A stretch of DNA of 64,000 nt. Source: Verrucomicrobiia bacterium (lineage in GTDB: Bacteria > Verrucomicrobiota > Verrucomicrobiia > Palsa-1439). The stretch is from the NCBI GenBank assembly GCA_041495285.1, contig JBGQCJ010000002.1, forward strand, positions 13,541 to 77,540, in the 5' to 3' direction. The notes below the pieces were generated by a model, which had not been told where the DNA came from, did not search any database, and saw only the letters and a list, made by a program, of their open reading frames with translations. How positions within the stretch are numbered: the first letter of the stretch is position 1; each line of letters begins with the position of its first letter. A program made the position numbers and the translations under genes. Positions 20,416 through 30,739 of the stretch are shown here, one piece after another.

Positions 20416-20634
20416 ATGAATGACATGGGAAAAACTCTGGTGTTGATCGGGTTGGCGATTGCCATCGTCGGCGGCCTGATCTGGTGGGGCACGCAAAGCA
20501 ATCTTCCGCTGGGACGATTGCCCGGCGACATCCGCATCGAACGCGAGAATTTCAAATTCTACTTTCCGTTGACCACCGGCCTGCTCGTCAGCGCCTTGCT
20601 CACGCTGGTCATTTGGCTGCTGCGCAAATGGTAG
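20416..20634 (+). CDS. DUF2905-like small membrane protein
   Basis: 72 aa, MNDMGKTLVLIGLAIAIVGGLIWW...GRLPGDIRIERENFKFYFPLTTGLLVSALLTLVIWLL, matching my memory of the DUF2905 pattern. The upstream part of ORF 19969..20634 overlaps the ankyrin gene out of frame. Confidence 0.7.
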   Translation: MNDMGKTLVLIGLAIAIVGGLIWWGTQSNLPLGRLPGDIRIERENFKFYFPLTTGLLVSALLTLVIWLLRKW

Positions 20635-20640
20635 CCAACG

Positions 20641-21600
20641 GTGAAAACCTCCGAGTTTGATTATCATCTGCCGCCGGAGTTGATCGCGCAGCAACCGCTC
20701 GCCGACCGGGCCGCCTCGCGGATGATGGTCGTCAACCGCACGACCGGCGAAATTCACCACGACCAGTTTCGCAATCTCGGCGCGCACTTGCGTCCCGGCG
20801 ATTTGCTCGTGCTGAACGACACGAAGGTCGTCCCGGCCCGCATCTGGGCGCGCGAACCGGCAGTCGAACTGTTGTTGGTCGAGAATCTAGGCGGCCACCG
20901 CTGGTCGGCGCTGGTCAAACCCGGCAAGCGCGCGCGCATCGGGGCGACGCTGCAATTCGAGGCCGGCGTTTGCGCCGTGGTCGAAGGCGCAACGGATTTT
21001 GGCGGCCGCATCTTGCGATTTACCGGCGACGTCGAAAAGTATCTGCAGAAGTTCGGCGCGGCACCACTGCCGCCGTACATCAAGCGACCGGCACGCGAGG
21101 CGGCCGACCTGGAACGTTACCAAACTGTCTTCGCCAAGCGTGCCGGGGCAATCGCCGCGCCGACGGCCGGGCTGCATTTCACGCCGGAGATGCTGGCGCA
21201 GTTCCGGCATGCGTTCATCACGTTGCACGTGGGGATCGGCACGTTTCGGCCGGTAAAGGTGGAGAACGCCGAGGAGCACCAGATGCACGCGGAACGGTTT
21301 TCAGTACCGGCGGAGACAACGGCGGCGATCCGGCAAGCCAAACGAGTCGTCGCGGTCGGCACGACGGTGGTGCGTGCTCTGGAATCCACCAGCGAAGGAA
21401 GTACCGACATTTTCATTCGTCCGCCTTTTGAGTTCCGTGTCGTCGATGTCTTGCTGACGAATTTCCATTTGCCGAAGTCCACGTTGCTGATGCTGGTGTG
21501 CGCGTTTGCGTCGCGAGAGTTGATTCTACGGGCGTACGACGAGGCGGTGAAGGACCGGTACCGGTTCTTCAGCTACGGCGATTGCATGCTAGTTCTTTGA
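20641..21600 (+). CDS. queA: S-adenosylmethionine:tRNA ribosyltransferase-isomerase
   Basis: 319 aa starting FDYHLPPELIAQQPLADRAASRMMVV. Also has LPPYIKR, AAPTAGLHFT, HVGIGTF and RFFSYGD motifs. Confidence 0.95.
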   Translation: MKTSEFDYHLPPELIAQQPLADRAASRMMVVNRTTGEIHHDQFRNLGAHLRPGDLLVLNDTKVVPARIWAREPAVELLLVENLGGHRWSALVKPGKRARIGATLQFEAGVCAVVEGATDFGGRILRFTGDVEKYLQKFGAAPLPPYIKRPAREAADLERYQTVFAKRAGAIAAPTAGLHFTPEMLAQFRHAFITLHVGIGTFRPVKVENAEEHQMHAERFSVPAETTAAIRQAKRVVAVGTTVVRALESTSEGSTDIFIRPPFEFRVVDVLLTNFHLPKSTLLMLVCAFASRELILRAYDEAVKDRYRFFSYGDCMLVL

Positions 21601-22509
21601 TTTGCCTGGCAGGAGCAGCGAGGCGATCACGGAAACGATGAGAATCGCTGCCACCACACCGAGCGCGATGTGGGTCGGCACCTCGAAGTAGTGAGAACCA
21701 ACCATCTTGGCGCCGACGAAGACGAGGATGAGCGACAATCCGTAGTGCAGGAACTGAAACTTGTCCATAATCCCGGCGAGGGCGAAGTACAACGCGCGCA
21801 GACCGAGGATGGCGAACACGTTCGACGTGAACACGATAAACGGATCGCGCGTGATCGCCAGCACGGCGGGGATGGAATCCACCGCAAAAATCACATCGGT
21901 CGTTTCCACAACCAACAGCACCACCATCAGCGGCGTCGCGAAGAGCCGGCCATTCTGTTTCACCCAGAACTTGCTGCCGACGTACTGCCCGGTGACCGGG
22001 GCGACGCGGCGGAAGAGTCGGAGCACGGGATTTTTCTCGGGATGAATGTCCTTTTCACCCGGCAGGGCCATTTTGATGCCGCTGTAAATCAGGACCGCGC
22101 CGAAGACGTAGATGATCCATTCGAACCGGTGGATCAACGCCACACCGGCGAAGATGAAGATCGCCCGCATGATGAGCGCCCCGAGGATGCCCCAGAACAA
22201 CACCTCGTGCTGATACTCACCGGCCACGCGGAAGTACGAAAACAACAGCAGAAACACAAAGATGTTGTCCACGCTGAGCGCCTTCTCGATCAGATAGCCG
22301 GTCAGAAACTCCATCGCCTTGACGTGGCCGAGCCAGAAGTAAACCCCCACATTGTAGCTCAGTGCCAGCGCAATCCACATCGCGCTCCACGCCAGCGCTT
22401 CCTTCAACCGGATCAAATGCTTCTTGCGATGAAACACCCCGAGATCCAGCGCCAGCATCGCCAGCACAAACGCGTTAAAAATCACCCATTTCCAAATCGA
22501 GCCGGGCAT
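21589..22509 (-). CDS. TerC-family integral membrane protein
   Basis: 306 aa, polytopic. EKALSVDNIFVFLLLFSYF and TDVIFAVDSIPAVLAIT are the duplicated TerC motifs. Confidence 0.9.
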   Translation of the reverse strand: MPGSIWKWVIFNAFVLAMLALDLGVFHRKKHLIRLKEALAWSAMWIALALSYNVGVYFWLGHVKAMEFLTGYLIEKALSVDNIFVFLLLFSYFRVAGEYQHEVLFWGILGALIMRAIFIFAGVALIHRFEWIIYVFGAVLIYSGIKMALPGEKDIHPEKNPVLRLFRRVAPVTGQYVGSKFWVKQNGRLFATPLMVVLLVVETTDVIFAVDSIPAVLAITRDPFIVFTSNVFAILGLRALYFALAGIMDKFQFLHYGLSLILVFVGAKMVGSHYFEVPTHIALGVVAAILIVSVIASLLLPGKSKN

Positions 22510-22576
22510 GGGCGCGGATTCTGCGGTCGCTGCTCTACCGAGTCAACCGAAACTGGACAGCGCCCCGCCGTCTGCT

Positions 22577-23542
22577 ATGCTCGCGTCCACTGTGAAGAGC
22601 AGACGCACCCTTCTGGCAGTGGCCGGACTCCTCGCGCTGATCGCGTTGGCTGTGTGGTTGCTGGCCCAACGGCACCACGCCCGCAGCGTGTCGGGCACGA
22701 TTGAGACCGACGAAGTGCACGTCGCCTCACGCTACGGCGGCCGCGTCGAGAAGCTTCACGTGGATGAAGGCGATGTGCTGAAGGCGGGGCAACCCATCGT
22801 CGAACTGGAAGCCGGCGAGCTGCGCGCCCGCCGCCAGTACACCGCCGCGTTGCTGGAACAAATGGAGCACGGCCCGCGTCCCGACGAGATCGCCGCGGCG
22901 AAACATGATTGGGAATCGCTGGCCGCGCAACTGGAGTTCGCCGAGTCCGAGGCGAAACGCGCGCGCGAATTGTTTGCGCAGAAGGTTGTCTCGCAAACGG
23001 AACTCGACGACGCGGTCAGCCACGCCAACAGTCTCCGGCAAAGTGCCGACGCGGCGAAGAAGCGGTACGACCTGCTTGTCGAAGGCACGCGGCCGGAGCA
23101 GATCGCGCAGGCGCGGGCGCAACTGGCCGAGAGCGACGCACAGGTGCGCGAGATGACGATCACGGCACCAAGCGATTGCGTGTTGGAAGTACTCAATGTC
23201 AAAGTCGGCGATGTGTTGCCGGCCAACCGCGAAGTGGCCACGTTGATTCTGCCGCAACATCTTTGGGTACGCGTGTACGTGCCGGAAAACTGGCTTGGGT
23301 ACATCCAAATCGGTCAACAAGTGAACGTGCGCACCGACTCGCCGCAAGGCCGCGAGTTTACCGGCGTCGTCGAGCAAATCAACCGGCAAGCCGAGTTTAC
23401 GCCGCGCAACGTGCAGACCGTGGCGGATCGCATCCGGCAGGTCTTCGGCGTGAAGATCCGGTTGTCGAGCGATACCGGCGTGCTGCGCGCCGGCATGTCC
23501 GCCGATGTGTTCTTCCCCAACGTGCCGGCCCCGCCGAAATGA
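22577..23542 (+). CDS. HlyD-family periplasmic adaptor (membrane fusion protein)
   Basis: TM anchor, lipoyl-like half (GTIETDEVHVASRYGGRVEKLHVDEGDVLKAGQPIVELE), coiled-coil hairpin and beta-barrel (ITAPSDCVLEV..VKVGDVL). The ORF is open from 22508, but that start would abut the divergent terC start, so ATG 22577 is preferred. Confidence 0.85.
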   Translation: MLASTVKSRRTLLAVAGLLALIALAVWLLAQRHHARSVSGTIETDEVHVASRYGGRVEKLHVDEGDVLKAGQPIVELEAGELRARRQYTAALLEQMEHGPRPDEIAAAKHDWESLAAQLEFAESEAKRARELFAQKVVSQTELDDAVSHANSLRQSADAAKKRYDLLVEGTRPEQIAQARAQLAESDAQVREMTITAPSDCVLEVLNVKVGDVLPANREVATLILPQHLWVRVYVPENWLGYIQIGQQVNVRTDSPQGREFTGVVEQINRQAEFTPRNVQTVADRIRQVFGVKIRLSSDTGVLRAGMSADVFFPNVPAPPK

Positions 23543-25167
23543 AGAACGCGGCGAGATCGTTGGGCCTCGGCGCTGCTCTCATCATCTTCTTGACGTTTGC
23601 AGCCTACATTCCCGCGATGCGCGGCGGATTCTTGTGGGATGATATTCACCTGATCACCGGCAACCGTCTGGTCAAGGCGGACGACGGGCTTTGGCGATTT
23701 TGGTTTACGACGGAGGCACCGGATTACTATCCGCTGACGTGGAGCCTGTGGTGGTTGGAGTGGCGGGTGTGGGGCGAGGCGGCGACGGGTTATCATGTCG
23801 TCAATGTGTTGTTGCACGCCGTGAACGCGGTTTTGGTTTGGAGAGTTCTGCAACGCCTGAACGTGCCGGGAGCCTTGCTGGCCGCGCTCGTGTTTGCGGT
23901 TCATCCGGTCAACGTGGCGACGGTGGCTTGGATCAGCGAGCAGAAGAACACGCTGTCGATGCTGTTCTGCTTGGCGGCGATCCTGTTTTATTTGAAGTTC
24001 GACGAGCAGGGTCGGTGGAAATGGTACGGTTTTTCGTGGGCCGCGTTTCTGCTGGGGCTGCTCAGCAAGAGCGCAGTCGTCATGTTGCCGGTGGCGCTGC
24101 TGGGGTGCGTGTGGTGGCGGCGGGACCGGCTGCGGGGGCAGGATTTTTTGCACAGTATTCCATTCTTTATATTGTCGTTGGCGTTCGGACTGGTGACGGT
24201 CTGGTTTCAGCACCACAACGTATTAAGGGGGATGACGGTCCGTGCAGAGGGCTTTCTTGGCCGGCTGGCCGTTGCCGGTTGCACGCCGTGGTTCTACTTG
24301 TACAAAGCGCTCCTGCCCGTCAATCTGAGCGCGGTGTACCCGCGATGGGGCCGGGTTTCCTTTCTTCCCGGGGTGCTCCTCGTGGGTTGCTTCGCGCTTT
24401 TTTGGTGGAAGCGGAAAACGTGGGGACGCCCGCTGCTCTTCGCGCTCGGCAGCTTTGTCGCGATGCTTTTCCCGGTTCTTGGTTTCTTCGATCAGGATTT
24501 CTATCAGTACTCGTTCGTGGCCGATCCTTGGCAGTATTATTCGATCGTTGGCGTGATCGCCCTCGTGATCGCGGTCATCGGCCAATGGAAGCATATCAGA
24601 ATCGCGGCGGCCGTGGTGGTGGCGCTGCTCGCCGTGGCCACTTGGGAACGGAGCCGCGTCTACGCATCTGAAGAAACGCTGTGGCGAGACACTGTGAGCA
24701 AGAATCCGGATGGTTGGATGCCACACTACAATCTCGGCACGGCTCTGCTGCATGCCGGCAAACTGCAAGAGGCCATCGGGCAACTCGAATCGGCAGCTCG
24801 GATGAGACCCGACCTCGTCAAAGTGCACAGCAACCTGGGAATCGCGCTCGCCCAAGCCGGCACAATCGATGAAGCAATCACGGAACTCGAACGCGCATTG
24901 GGCATCGACTCCAGTCAGGCTGAAGTGCGTGGCAATCTTGCACACGCACTGATGCTTCGAGGCCGCATCAACGAGGCGATCGAGCAGTGGGAGCGGGCGC
25001 TGCAATTGAAACCCGGTTGGGCTGAGGTTCATTACGATCTGGGACTAGCCCTAGAGCAAACCGGCAAGATCGAGGAGGCAGCCGAACAGTTTCGATTGGC
25101 GTTAAGATTCGATCCCAAGATGATCGAGGCACAGAATGAGTTGGCGCGAGTGCAGGCGGCCCACTAA
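23539..25167 (+). CDS. polytopic GT-C-like (TMTC/DUF1736-type) membrane protein with C-terminal TPR repeats (paralog 1)
   Basis: ATG 23539 overlaps the hlyD stop (ATGA). 542 aa with N-terminal multi-TM domain (AAYIPAMRGGFLWDD..., HPVNVATVAWISEQKNTLSMLF) and a C-terminal TPR tail (PHYNLGTALLHAGKLQEAIGQLE...). The upstream part of ORF 22909..25167 is an out-of-frame overlap with hlyD. Confidence 0.85.
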   Translation: MKNAARSLGLGAALIIFLTFAAYIPAMRGGFLWDDIHLITGNRLVKADDGLWRFWFTTEAPDYYPLTWSLWWLEWRVWGEAATGYHVVNVLLHAVNAVLVWRVLQRLNVPGALLAALVFAVHPVNVATVAWISEQKNTLSMLFCLAAILFYLKFDEQGRWKWYGFSWAAFLLGLLSKSAVVMLPVALLGCVWWRRDRLRGQDFLHSIPFFILSLAFGLVTVWFQHHNVLRGMTVRAEGFLGRLAVAGCTPWFYLYKALLPVNLSAVYPRWGRVSFLPGVLLVGCFALFWWKRKTWGRPLLFALGSFVAMLFPVLGFFDQDFYQYSFVADPWQYYSIVGVIALVIAVIGQWKHIRIAAAVVVALLAVATWERSRVYASEETLWRDTVSKNPDGWMPHYNLGTALLHAGKLQEAIGQLESAARMRPDLVKVHSNLGIALAQAGTIDEAITELERALGIDSSQAEVRGNLAHALMLRGRINEAIEQWERALQLKPGWAEVHYDLGLALEQTGKIEEAAEQFRLALRFDPKMIEAQNELARVQAAH

Positions 25168-25287
25168 CCGGTTGCTCGTGAGATCCGAAAAGGTGAGATT
25201 TGGAGATCGTACACAGCACGGGCCAGACGGACTAAACATATGAGCTAGTCGCGGCTGTGGAGTTTCGGTAATCTCCGACCGTTGAAG

Positions 25288-27111
25288 ATGCAGAAGTTGA
25301 TTCCCTTGCTCGTGATCGCCGCTAGTCTCAGCGCGTATCAGAACAGCTTCGAAGGGGTGTTTCTTCTCGATGATTGGGGAAGCGTTGTTCGGAACCCGAC
25401 GATTCACCGTCTTTGGCCGGTGTGGCAAGCGCTGAGCCCGCCTCGTGGGAGTGGCACAACAGTCGCTGGTCGTCCCATGATCAATTGGTCGTTTGCAGTC
25501 AACTACGCGATCGGCGGAACCCGGGTCTTGGGTTATCACGTGCTGAACCTCGCCATACACACCTTGGCTGGCTTGACCCTGTTGGGGATTGTGCGGCGAA
25601 CATTGTTGCAGGAACCATTGCGCCAGCGCTTCGGCGCGGCAGCGCAGCCTTTGGCACTGGCCATTGCGATAATTTGGGTCGTCCATCCCTTGCAAACCGA
25701 GTCGGTGGCGTACGTCTCGCAGCGCGCGGAGTCGCTTATGGGGTTATTCTACCTGCTGACTCTCTATTGTGCCATCCGTGGGGCGGAGACGGATTCGTCG
25801 AATGCTTGGTACGTCTTGTCGGTCGCGTCGTGTCTGCTTGGGGTTGCCAGCAAAGAGGTGATCGGCTCTGCTCCATTGCTCGTGTTTCTTTATGATCGCA
25901 CGTTTCTTTCGGGCTCGTTTCGGGAGGCGTGGCGGCGTCGCTGGCGGCTGTACGTCGCGTTGGCCGCCACATGGATTCCGTTGAGCTACCTCGTGATTTC
26001 AGCCGGCAACCGAGGCGGCTCGGCAGGCTTTGGCGCCGGTGTCACCTGGCAAGCGTATGCACTTACGCAATTTCAAGCGATTGCTCATTACGTGCGCCTG
26101 TCCGTCTGGCCGCATCCGCTGGTATTCGACTATGGAATCGGTGTGGCGAGCAGCGTCGGTGAGGTTGTGCCTTGCGCGCTTGCCGTGATCGCCCTACTGA
26201 TCAGCACGGCGATCGCGCTTTGGCGGTGGCCAGCGGTGGGCTTCCTCGGCGCTTGGTTCTTTGGCATTCTCATTCCAACTTCCAGCGTGCTGCCGGTGGC
26301 AACGCAGACGATAGCCGAACATCGTATGTACCTATCGTTGGTGGCTTTGATCGCGATTGTCGTGCTCGGCGCTTTCGAGATCGGGAAACGGATATTCAGC
26401 GGGCAGCAAGGACGGGTGCTCGGATGCGCGGCCGGCGGGCTCGTGGTGGTGCTCCTCACAATCCAGACCGTCCACCGCAATCAGGATTACAACTCTGAGG
26501 TGGCGCTTTGGCGGGATACTGTGATGAAGTGCCCTAACAACCCGCGGGCGCACTACAACTTGGGAGTCGCTTTGGGGAGACTGGGAAAGTTCACGGAAGA
26601 AATTGGGCAGTACGAACAGGCGTTGCGAATCAACCCCGATTACGCGGATGCCCACTACAATCTTGGCGTCGCCCTAGGGCAGGCAGGCAAACTACAGGAG
26701 GCGACCGGGCACTTTAATGAGGCACTGCGGATCGCACCTGATTTCGCCGAGGCTCACAACAACCTCGGGGTCGTCCTGATTCAGATGGGCAGAGTTCAGG
26801 AGGCGATTGATCAGTGGGAGCAGGCGCTGCAGATCCAACCCGACAATGCCGAAGCACAGGACAACCTTGGTAATGCTTTTGCACAAGTGGGTAAACTCGA
26901 TAATGCGATTCGACACTACGAGCAAGCGGTGCGGCTCCAGCCTGATTACGCAATCGCGTACTATAATCTGGGAGGCGCACTGGCACGATTGGGAAGGGTT
27001 CAAGAGGCAATCGAACGGTACCAGCAGGCGTTGCGTCTCAAACCCGATTTTGTCGAGGCGCAAGACAGATTGGCGCGACTGCAACCGCGTAGGACCTCAG
27101 GCCAAAGATGA
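25288..27111 (+). CDS. polytopic GT-C-like (TMTC/DUF1736-type) membrane protein with C-terminal TPR repeats (paralog 2)
   Basis: About 607 aa starting MQKLIPLLVIAASLSAYQNSFEGVFLLDD. Contains GYHVLNLAIHTLAGL and HPLQTESVAYVSQRAESLMGLFYL, with seven or more TPRs in the tail (AHYNLGVALG..GK..EAI..YEQALRI.PD). Confidence 0.85.
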   Translation: MQKLIPLLVIAASLSAYQNSFEGVFLLDDWGSVVRNPTIHRLWPVWQALSPPRGSGTTVAGRPMINWSFAVNYAIGGTRVLGYHVLNLAIHTLAGLTLLGIVRRTLLQEPLRQRFGAAAQPLALAIAIIWVVHPLQTESVAYVSQRAESLMGLFYLLTLYCAIRGAETDSSNAWYVLSVASCLLGVASKEVIGSAPLLVFLYDRTFLSGSFREAWRRRWRLYVALAATWIPLSYLVISAGNRGGSAGFGAGVTWQAYALTQFQAIAHYVRLSVWPHPLVFDYGIGVASSVGEVVPCALAVIALLISTAIALWRWPAVGFLGAWFFGILIPTSSVLPVATQTIAEHRMYLSLVALIAIVVLGAFEIGKRIFSGQQGRVLGCAAGGLVVVLLTIQTVHRNQDYNSEVALWRDTVMKCPNNPRAHYNLGVALGRLGKFTEEIGQYEQALRINPDYADAHYNLGVALGQAGKLQEATGHFNEALRIAPDFAEAHNNLGVVLIQMGRVQEAIDQWEQALQIQPDNAEAQDNLGNAFAQVGKLDNAIRHYEQAVRLQPDYAIAYYNLGGALARLGRVQEAIERYQQALRLKPDFVEAQDRLARLQPRRTSGQR

Positions 27112-28892
27112 TCGACAGCAAGCCATATGGCCGGAAAGTTTACCTGCCGTGGGTCGCCGTTGCGTTGGTACTCGGAGTCGCGCTGGCGTTGATGTGGGGG
27201 CCGATGCACGAGGACAGCGCGACCATCGACGAAGCGAATTTTCTCGGTGCGGGATATACCTACTGGCAGGGGCAGCGTTATTTCCTCAACGCCGATCACC
27301 CGCCGTTGATGCAACTGTGGAGCGCGTTCCCGTTGTTGTTTCTCGATGTGAAGATGCCGCCCGAGACACAGGAATTCTTCGACGACATTTTCGCGTCGTA
27401 CGAGGAGCGATGGGATCACCGGTCGGTGGATCGTACGGTCAAGCCAGTGCCGGGCGAGCAGTTTTACCGGTATCCGCTGATCGAGACGGGATCGTTCGGC
27501 AACCGGCTGCTGTATGGCCGGCAGAACGACGCCGACGCGTTGTTGTTCTGGGGAAGATTCATGCAAGCGTTAGTGACGCTGGCGACCGGCTTGTTGGTGT
27601 TTCTTTGGGCCCGGTCGCTGAGCAACTTGACCGGCGGGCTACTGGCGATGATCGCGTGGTACTTCAATCCGTTGGCGCTGGCGTACGGTCATCTGGTCAT
27701 CACCGACCCCGGCATTGCCTTGATGTTGCCGCTGGCAGTCTGGATGTTCGCGCGCTTTCTCGAATCGCCGGGACCGCGAACGGCATCGTTTGCGGGATTG
27801 GCTTTCGGTGGCGCGTTGCTCACAAAGTTCACGGCAATCATTCTCGTTCCCATCTTCGGCGTGATGCTGGTGGCGGCTTGGTGGTGGGCGCGTTCTATTC
27901 GTGAGGTGCCGGTTCGAAAGCTTCTTGGGAATCTGTTTCTGGTGGCCGGTGTGGCTTGGGCAACGGTTCTGGTTTTGTATGCACCGCACTGGTTGCCGGC
28001 GCCTTCGCTCGCGGTCGAAGACGCGCAGCGGCTGCGGGTGCCGGAGTGGTTTGTACGGATGCGGTGGTTGCTGATTCCCCGGGAGTATTTCAAAGGGCTG
28101 ACCCTCGTGCTGATGCACGTGGAACGGGGACAAAACTCTTACTTTCTCGGTCAGTGGTCGGATCAGGGTTACTGGTACTACTATCCGGTCGCGATGTTAC
28201 TCAAGACACCGGTCGCACTGCTGGTGCTGATGGCGTCCACGAGCGCGCTGGCGCTTCGGCGTGTCCGCCAATGGCGCTTCGGCGAAGCCGTACCGGTGAT
28301 CGCCGCCGCAGTTTACTTGGGTTTTGCCATGACCAACAAGGCGACGATTGGGATCCGCCATATCCTGCCCATCTATCCGTTGTTGGCGGTGGTGGTCGGA
28401 ATCGAGTTCGGTCAAATGAAACTGCGGTCGCAAGTGATGGGGTGGCTGCTCACGGCGTGGCTCGTGATTGCGGCTTTTTTGGCGCGTGCCGATTACATTG
28501 CGTATTTCAGCGAGATCGTCGGTGGTTCATCTCACGGCCAAGACTACCTGGTGGATTCCAATTTCGACTGGGGCCAGAACCTCAAACGGGTGAAACGGTG
28601 GATGAAACAAAATCACATCAGCCACATTTACCTCGATTGCGTCCGAACTCCGGCGCAAGTTCAATACTTGGAGATCCCCTGTGACTTGGTGACGGCGGCG
28701 CAGGCAAGCAAACTTCGCGAGGGGTTGCTGGTTGTTTCCGCATCTCATTTGATGTCACCCGATTATTCTTGGCTAAGGGCGACACGCACCGTCATGATTC
28801 GGATTGATAGCACGCTGTTCGTGTACGCAATGTCCGAGTCGCTTCCTGAGTTTCATGGAGGGCGGATCGCCGGCGGCCAGAAAGGAATGTGA
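27108..28892 (+). CDS. GT39/ArnT-PMT-like glycosyltransferase (GT-C fold), no TPR tail
   Basis: ATGA overlap with the preceding gene. 594 aa. The first periplasmic loop carries the acidic DE motif, followed by DHPPL (SATIDEANFLGAGYTY...LNADHPPLMQLW), as in PMT_2/ArnT-type enzymes. About 12 TM segments. Confidence 0.8.
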   Translation: MIDSKPYGRKVYLPWVAVALVLGVALALMWGPMHEDSATIDEANFLGAGYTYWQGQRYFLNADHPPLMQLWSAFPLLFLDVKMPPETQEFFDDIFASYEERWDHRSVDRTVKPVPGEQFYRYPLIETGSFGNRLLYGRQNDADALLFWGRFMQALVTLATGLLVFLWARSLSNLTGGLLAMIAWYFNPLALAYGHLVITDPGIALMLPLAVWMFARFLESPGPRTASFAGLAFGGALLTKFTAIILVPIFGVMLVAAWWWARSIREVPVRKLLGNLFLVAGVAWATVLVLYAPHWLPAPSLAVEDAQRLRVPEWFVRMRWLLIPREYFKGLTLVLMHVERGQNSYFLGQWSDQGYWYYYPVAMLLKTPVALLVLMASTSALALRRVRQWRFGEAVPVIAAAVYLGFAMTNKATIGIRHILPIYPLLAVVVGIEFGQMKLRSQVMGWLLTAWLVIAAFLARADYIAYFSEIVGGSSHGQDYLVDSNFDWGQNLKRVKRWMKQNHISHIYLDCVRTPAQVQYLEIPCDLVTAAQASKLREGLLVVSASHLMSPDYSWLRATRTVMIRIDSTLFVYAMSESLPEFHGGRIAGGQKGM

Positions 28893-30733
28893 ACATCTCG
28901 GCAGCAAAGTTTAGATGGATACAATGCGGAGTCTTGACCGCGGTGTGCATGCTAGTCATCGGGGTTTGCGCGTATATGACCCAACCGGGCGCGTGGGAAT
29001 CGTCGGGCGGGGATGCGGCTGACGCTTGTTACAATCTATTGGTGCAGGGCTTTCGTGCCGGTCAGCTCAGCTTGAAAAAAGAGGTGCCGCCCGGGCTCGC
29101 ACGCCTCGCCGACCCGTACGATCCTGCGGCTAATGCTCCCTATCGGGCTCCGCCTTACTGGCTCCACGACTTGAGCTATTACAAGGGCAGGCTGTATCTG
29201 TACTTCGGAGTCACACCGGCCTTGGTTTTGTTTTGGCCGTACGTCGCGCTGACCGGCCACTACCTCTTTCAAAGTCAAACCGTGACGATCTTTTGTGGCA
29301 TGGGATTTCTGACAAGTGTCTGGCTACTGCACGCGTTGTGGCGGCGCTACTTTGCTGAAGTTAGCCTCGCAGTGCTGGCGGCCTGCGCTCTCGCACTCGG
29401 CTTGGCGACAGGCGTGCCGATGTTGTTATCGCGGTCGGATGTTTACGAAGTATCGATCAGTTGCGGGTACATGCTGACGACGCTGGCGCTGGCGGCGATC
29501 TGGTGCGCGCTGCATGAGCCTGAGCGGCGGTGGCGGTGGCTGGCGATGGCGAGCGTGGCATACGGGTTGGCGGTGGGGGCGCGGCCCTCTTTGCTGTTCG
29601 GTGCGATCATCTTGCTGGTGCCGGTGGCTCAAACGTGGCGTGAGCGACGGCCGATTGGGCCGACGGTGATGGCGGCGATCGGCCCGATTCTACTCATCGG
29701 TTTGGGGCTGATGCTCTACAACGCGATGCGATTCGATAATCCGCTGGAGTTTGGGCAGCACTACCAGTTGGCCGGAGAGCGGCAGGACACGATACAATTC
29801 TTCAGTTTGCATTATCTCTGGTTCAATTTCCGCGTCTATTTTCTGGAGCCAGCGCGCTGGAGGGACCGTTTCCCCTTCGTGCATGAAATCGCCGTGCCGG
29901 CTTTGCCAGCGGGGCATGGGCGGTTTGAATCTCCCTACGGTGTCCTGAGCAACATTCCACTAGTCTGGCTGGCGCTGGCCGTGCCGCTGGCTTGGCGAAG
30001 CAGGTCGGTGGAAACGCGCCCTATCCTACACGGGTTCTTCGCGGCGGTGGCCATGCTTTTTGGGATTTGCGCGTTGACCATTAGCTTCTTCTGGAGCACG
30101 TGCATCCGCTATGAAGTGGAGTTCCTGCCGCCACTAGTGTGGCTAGCCGTGGTTGGCATTCTCGGACTGGAGCGCGCGCTGTTGCACCGGGCGGCTTGGC
30201 GGCGTGCGGTGCGCTGGGGCTGGGGCTTGTTGCTGGGATTCTCGCTGGTGTTCAACCTGCTCGCAAGCGTTGAGTATTCCGTCAAGTTTCACAATGACTT
30301 GGGAGCTGTCTTGCAGCGATGGGGCAGAACTCAGGAGGCGATCGGACACTTCGAAAAGGCGCTCCGAATGGAGCCCGATTACGCCGAAGCGCACTGCAAT
30401 CTGGGGGCCGTCTTGGGGCAAGCCGGCAGGTTACAGGAGGCAATTGCGCATTATGAGCAGGCACTCCGCATCAAGCCGGATATCGCCGTGGCGCACAACA
30501 ATCTGGCGGGGGCTTTGCTCAAGGCTGGCAACGTTGAGGATGCGATCAGGCACTACAGGGAGGCGCTGCGCCTCATGCCGGATTCGGCTGTGGTGCACTA
30601 CAACTTGGGGAACACTTTACTCCAAGCGGGCCAAATCAAGGATGCGATGCAACAGTACGAGCAGGCGCTGCACCTCAATCCCGGTTACGCCGAAGCACAA
30701 GACGCGCTCGCGCGACTCCGAGCGAGTCAGTAA
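28889..30733 (+). CDS. polytopic membrane protein (possible GT-C fold) with C-terminal TPR repeats
   Basis: GTGA overlap with the preceding gene. 614 aa. The multi-TM N-domain (YYKGRLYLYFGVTPALVLFWPYVALTG...) differs from paralogs 1 and 2. The TPR tail has the same consensus (AEAHCNLGAVLGQAGRLQEAIAHYEQALRIKPD). Confidence 0.8.
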   Translation: MNISAAKFRWIQCGVLTAVCMLVIGVCAYMTQPGAWESSGGDAADACYNLLVQGFRAGQLSLKKEVPPGLARLADPYDPAANAPYRAPPYWLHDLSYYKGRLYLYFGVTPALVLFWPYVALTGHYLFQSQTVTIFCGMGFLTSVWLLHALWRRYFAEVSLAVLAACALALGLATGVPMLLSRSDVYEVSISCGYMLTTLALAAIWCALHEPERRWRWLAMASVAYGLAVGARPSLLFGAIILLVPVAQTWRERRPIGPTVMAAIGPILLIGLGLMLYNAMRFDNPLEFGQHYQLAGERQDTIQFFSLHYLWFNFRVYFLEPARWRDRFPFVHEIAVPALPAGHGRFESPYGVLSNIPLVWLALAVPLAWRSRSVETRPILHGFFAAVAMLFGICALTISFFWSTCIRYEVEFLPPLVWLAVVGILGLERALLHRAAWRRAVRWGWGLLLGFSLVFNLLASVEYSVKFHNDLGAVLQRWGRTQEAIGHFEKALRMEPDYAEAHCNLGAVLGQAGRLQEAIAHYEQALRIKPDIAVAHNNLAGALLKAGNVEDAIRHYREALRLMPDSAVVHYNLGNTLLQAGQIKDAMQQYEQALHLNPGYAEAQDALARLRASQ

Positions 30734-30739
30734 CATAGG

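Noticed and set aside
22909-23538. N-terminal 210 codons of ORF 22909..25167
   Set aside because: This part is an out-of-frame overlap with the HlyD gene. The membrane protein clearly starts at ATG 23539 (MKNAARSLGLGAALIIF).
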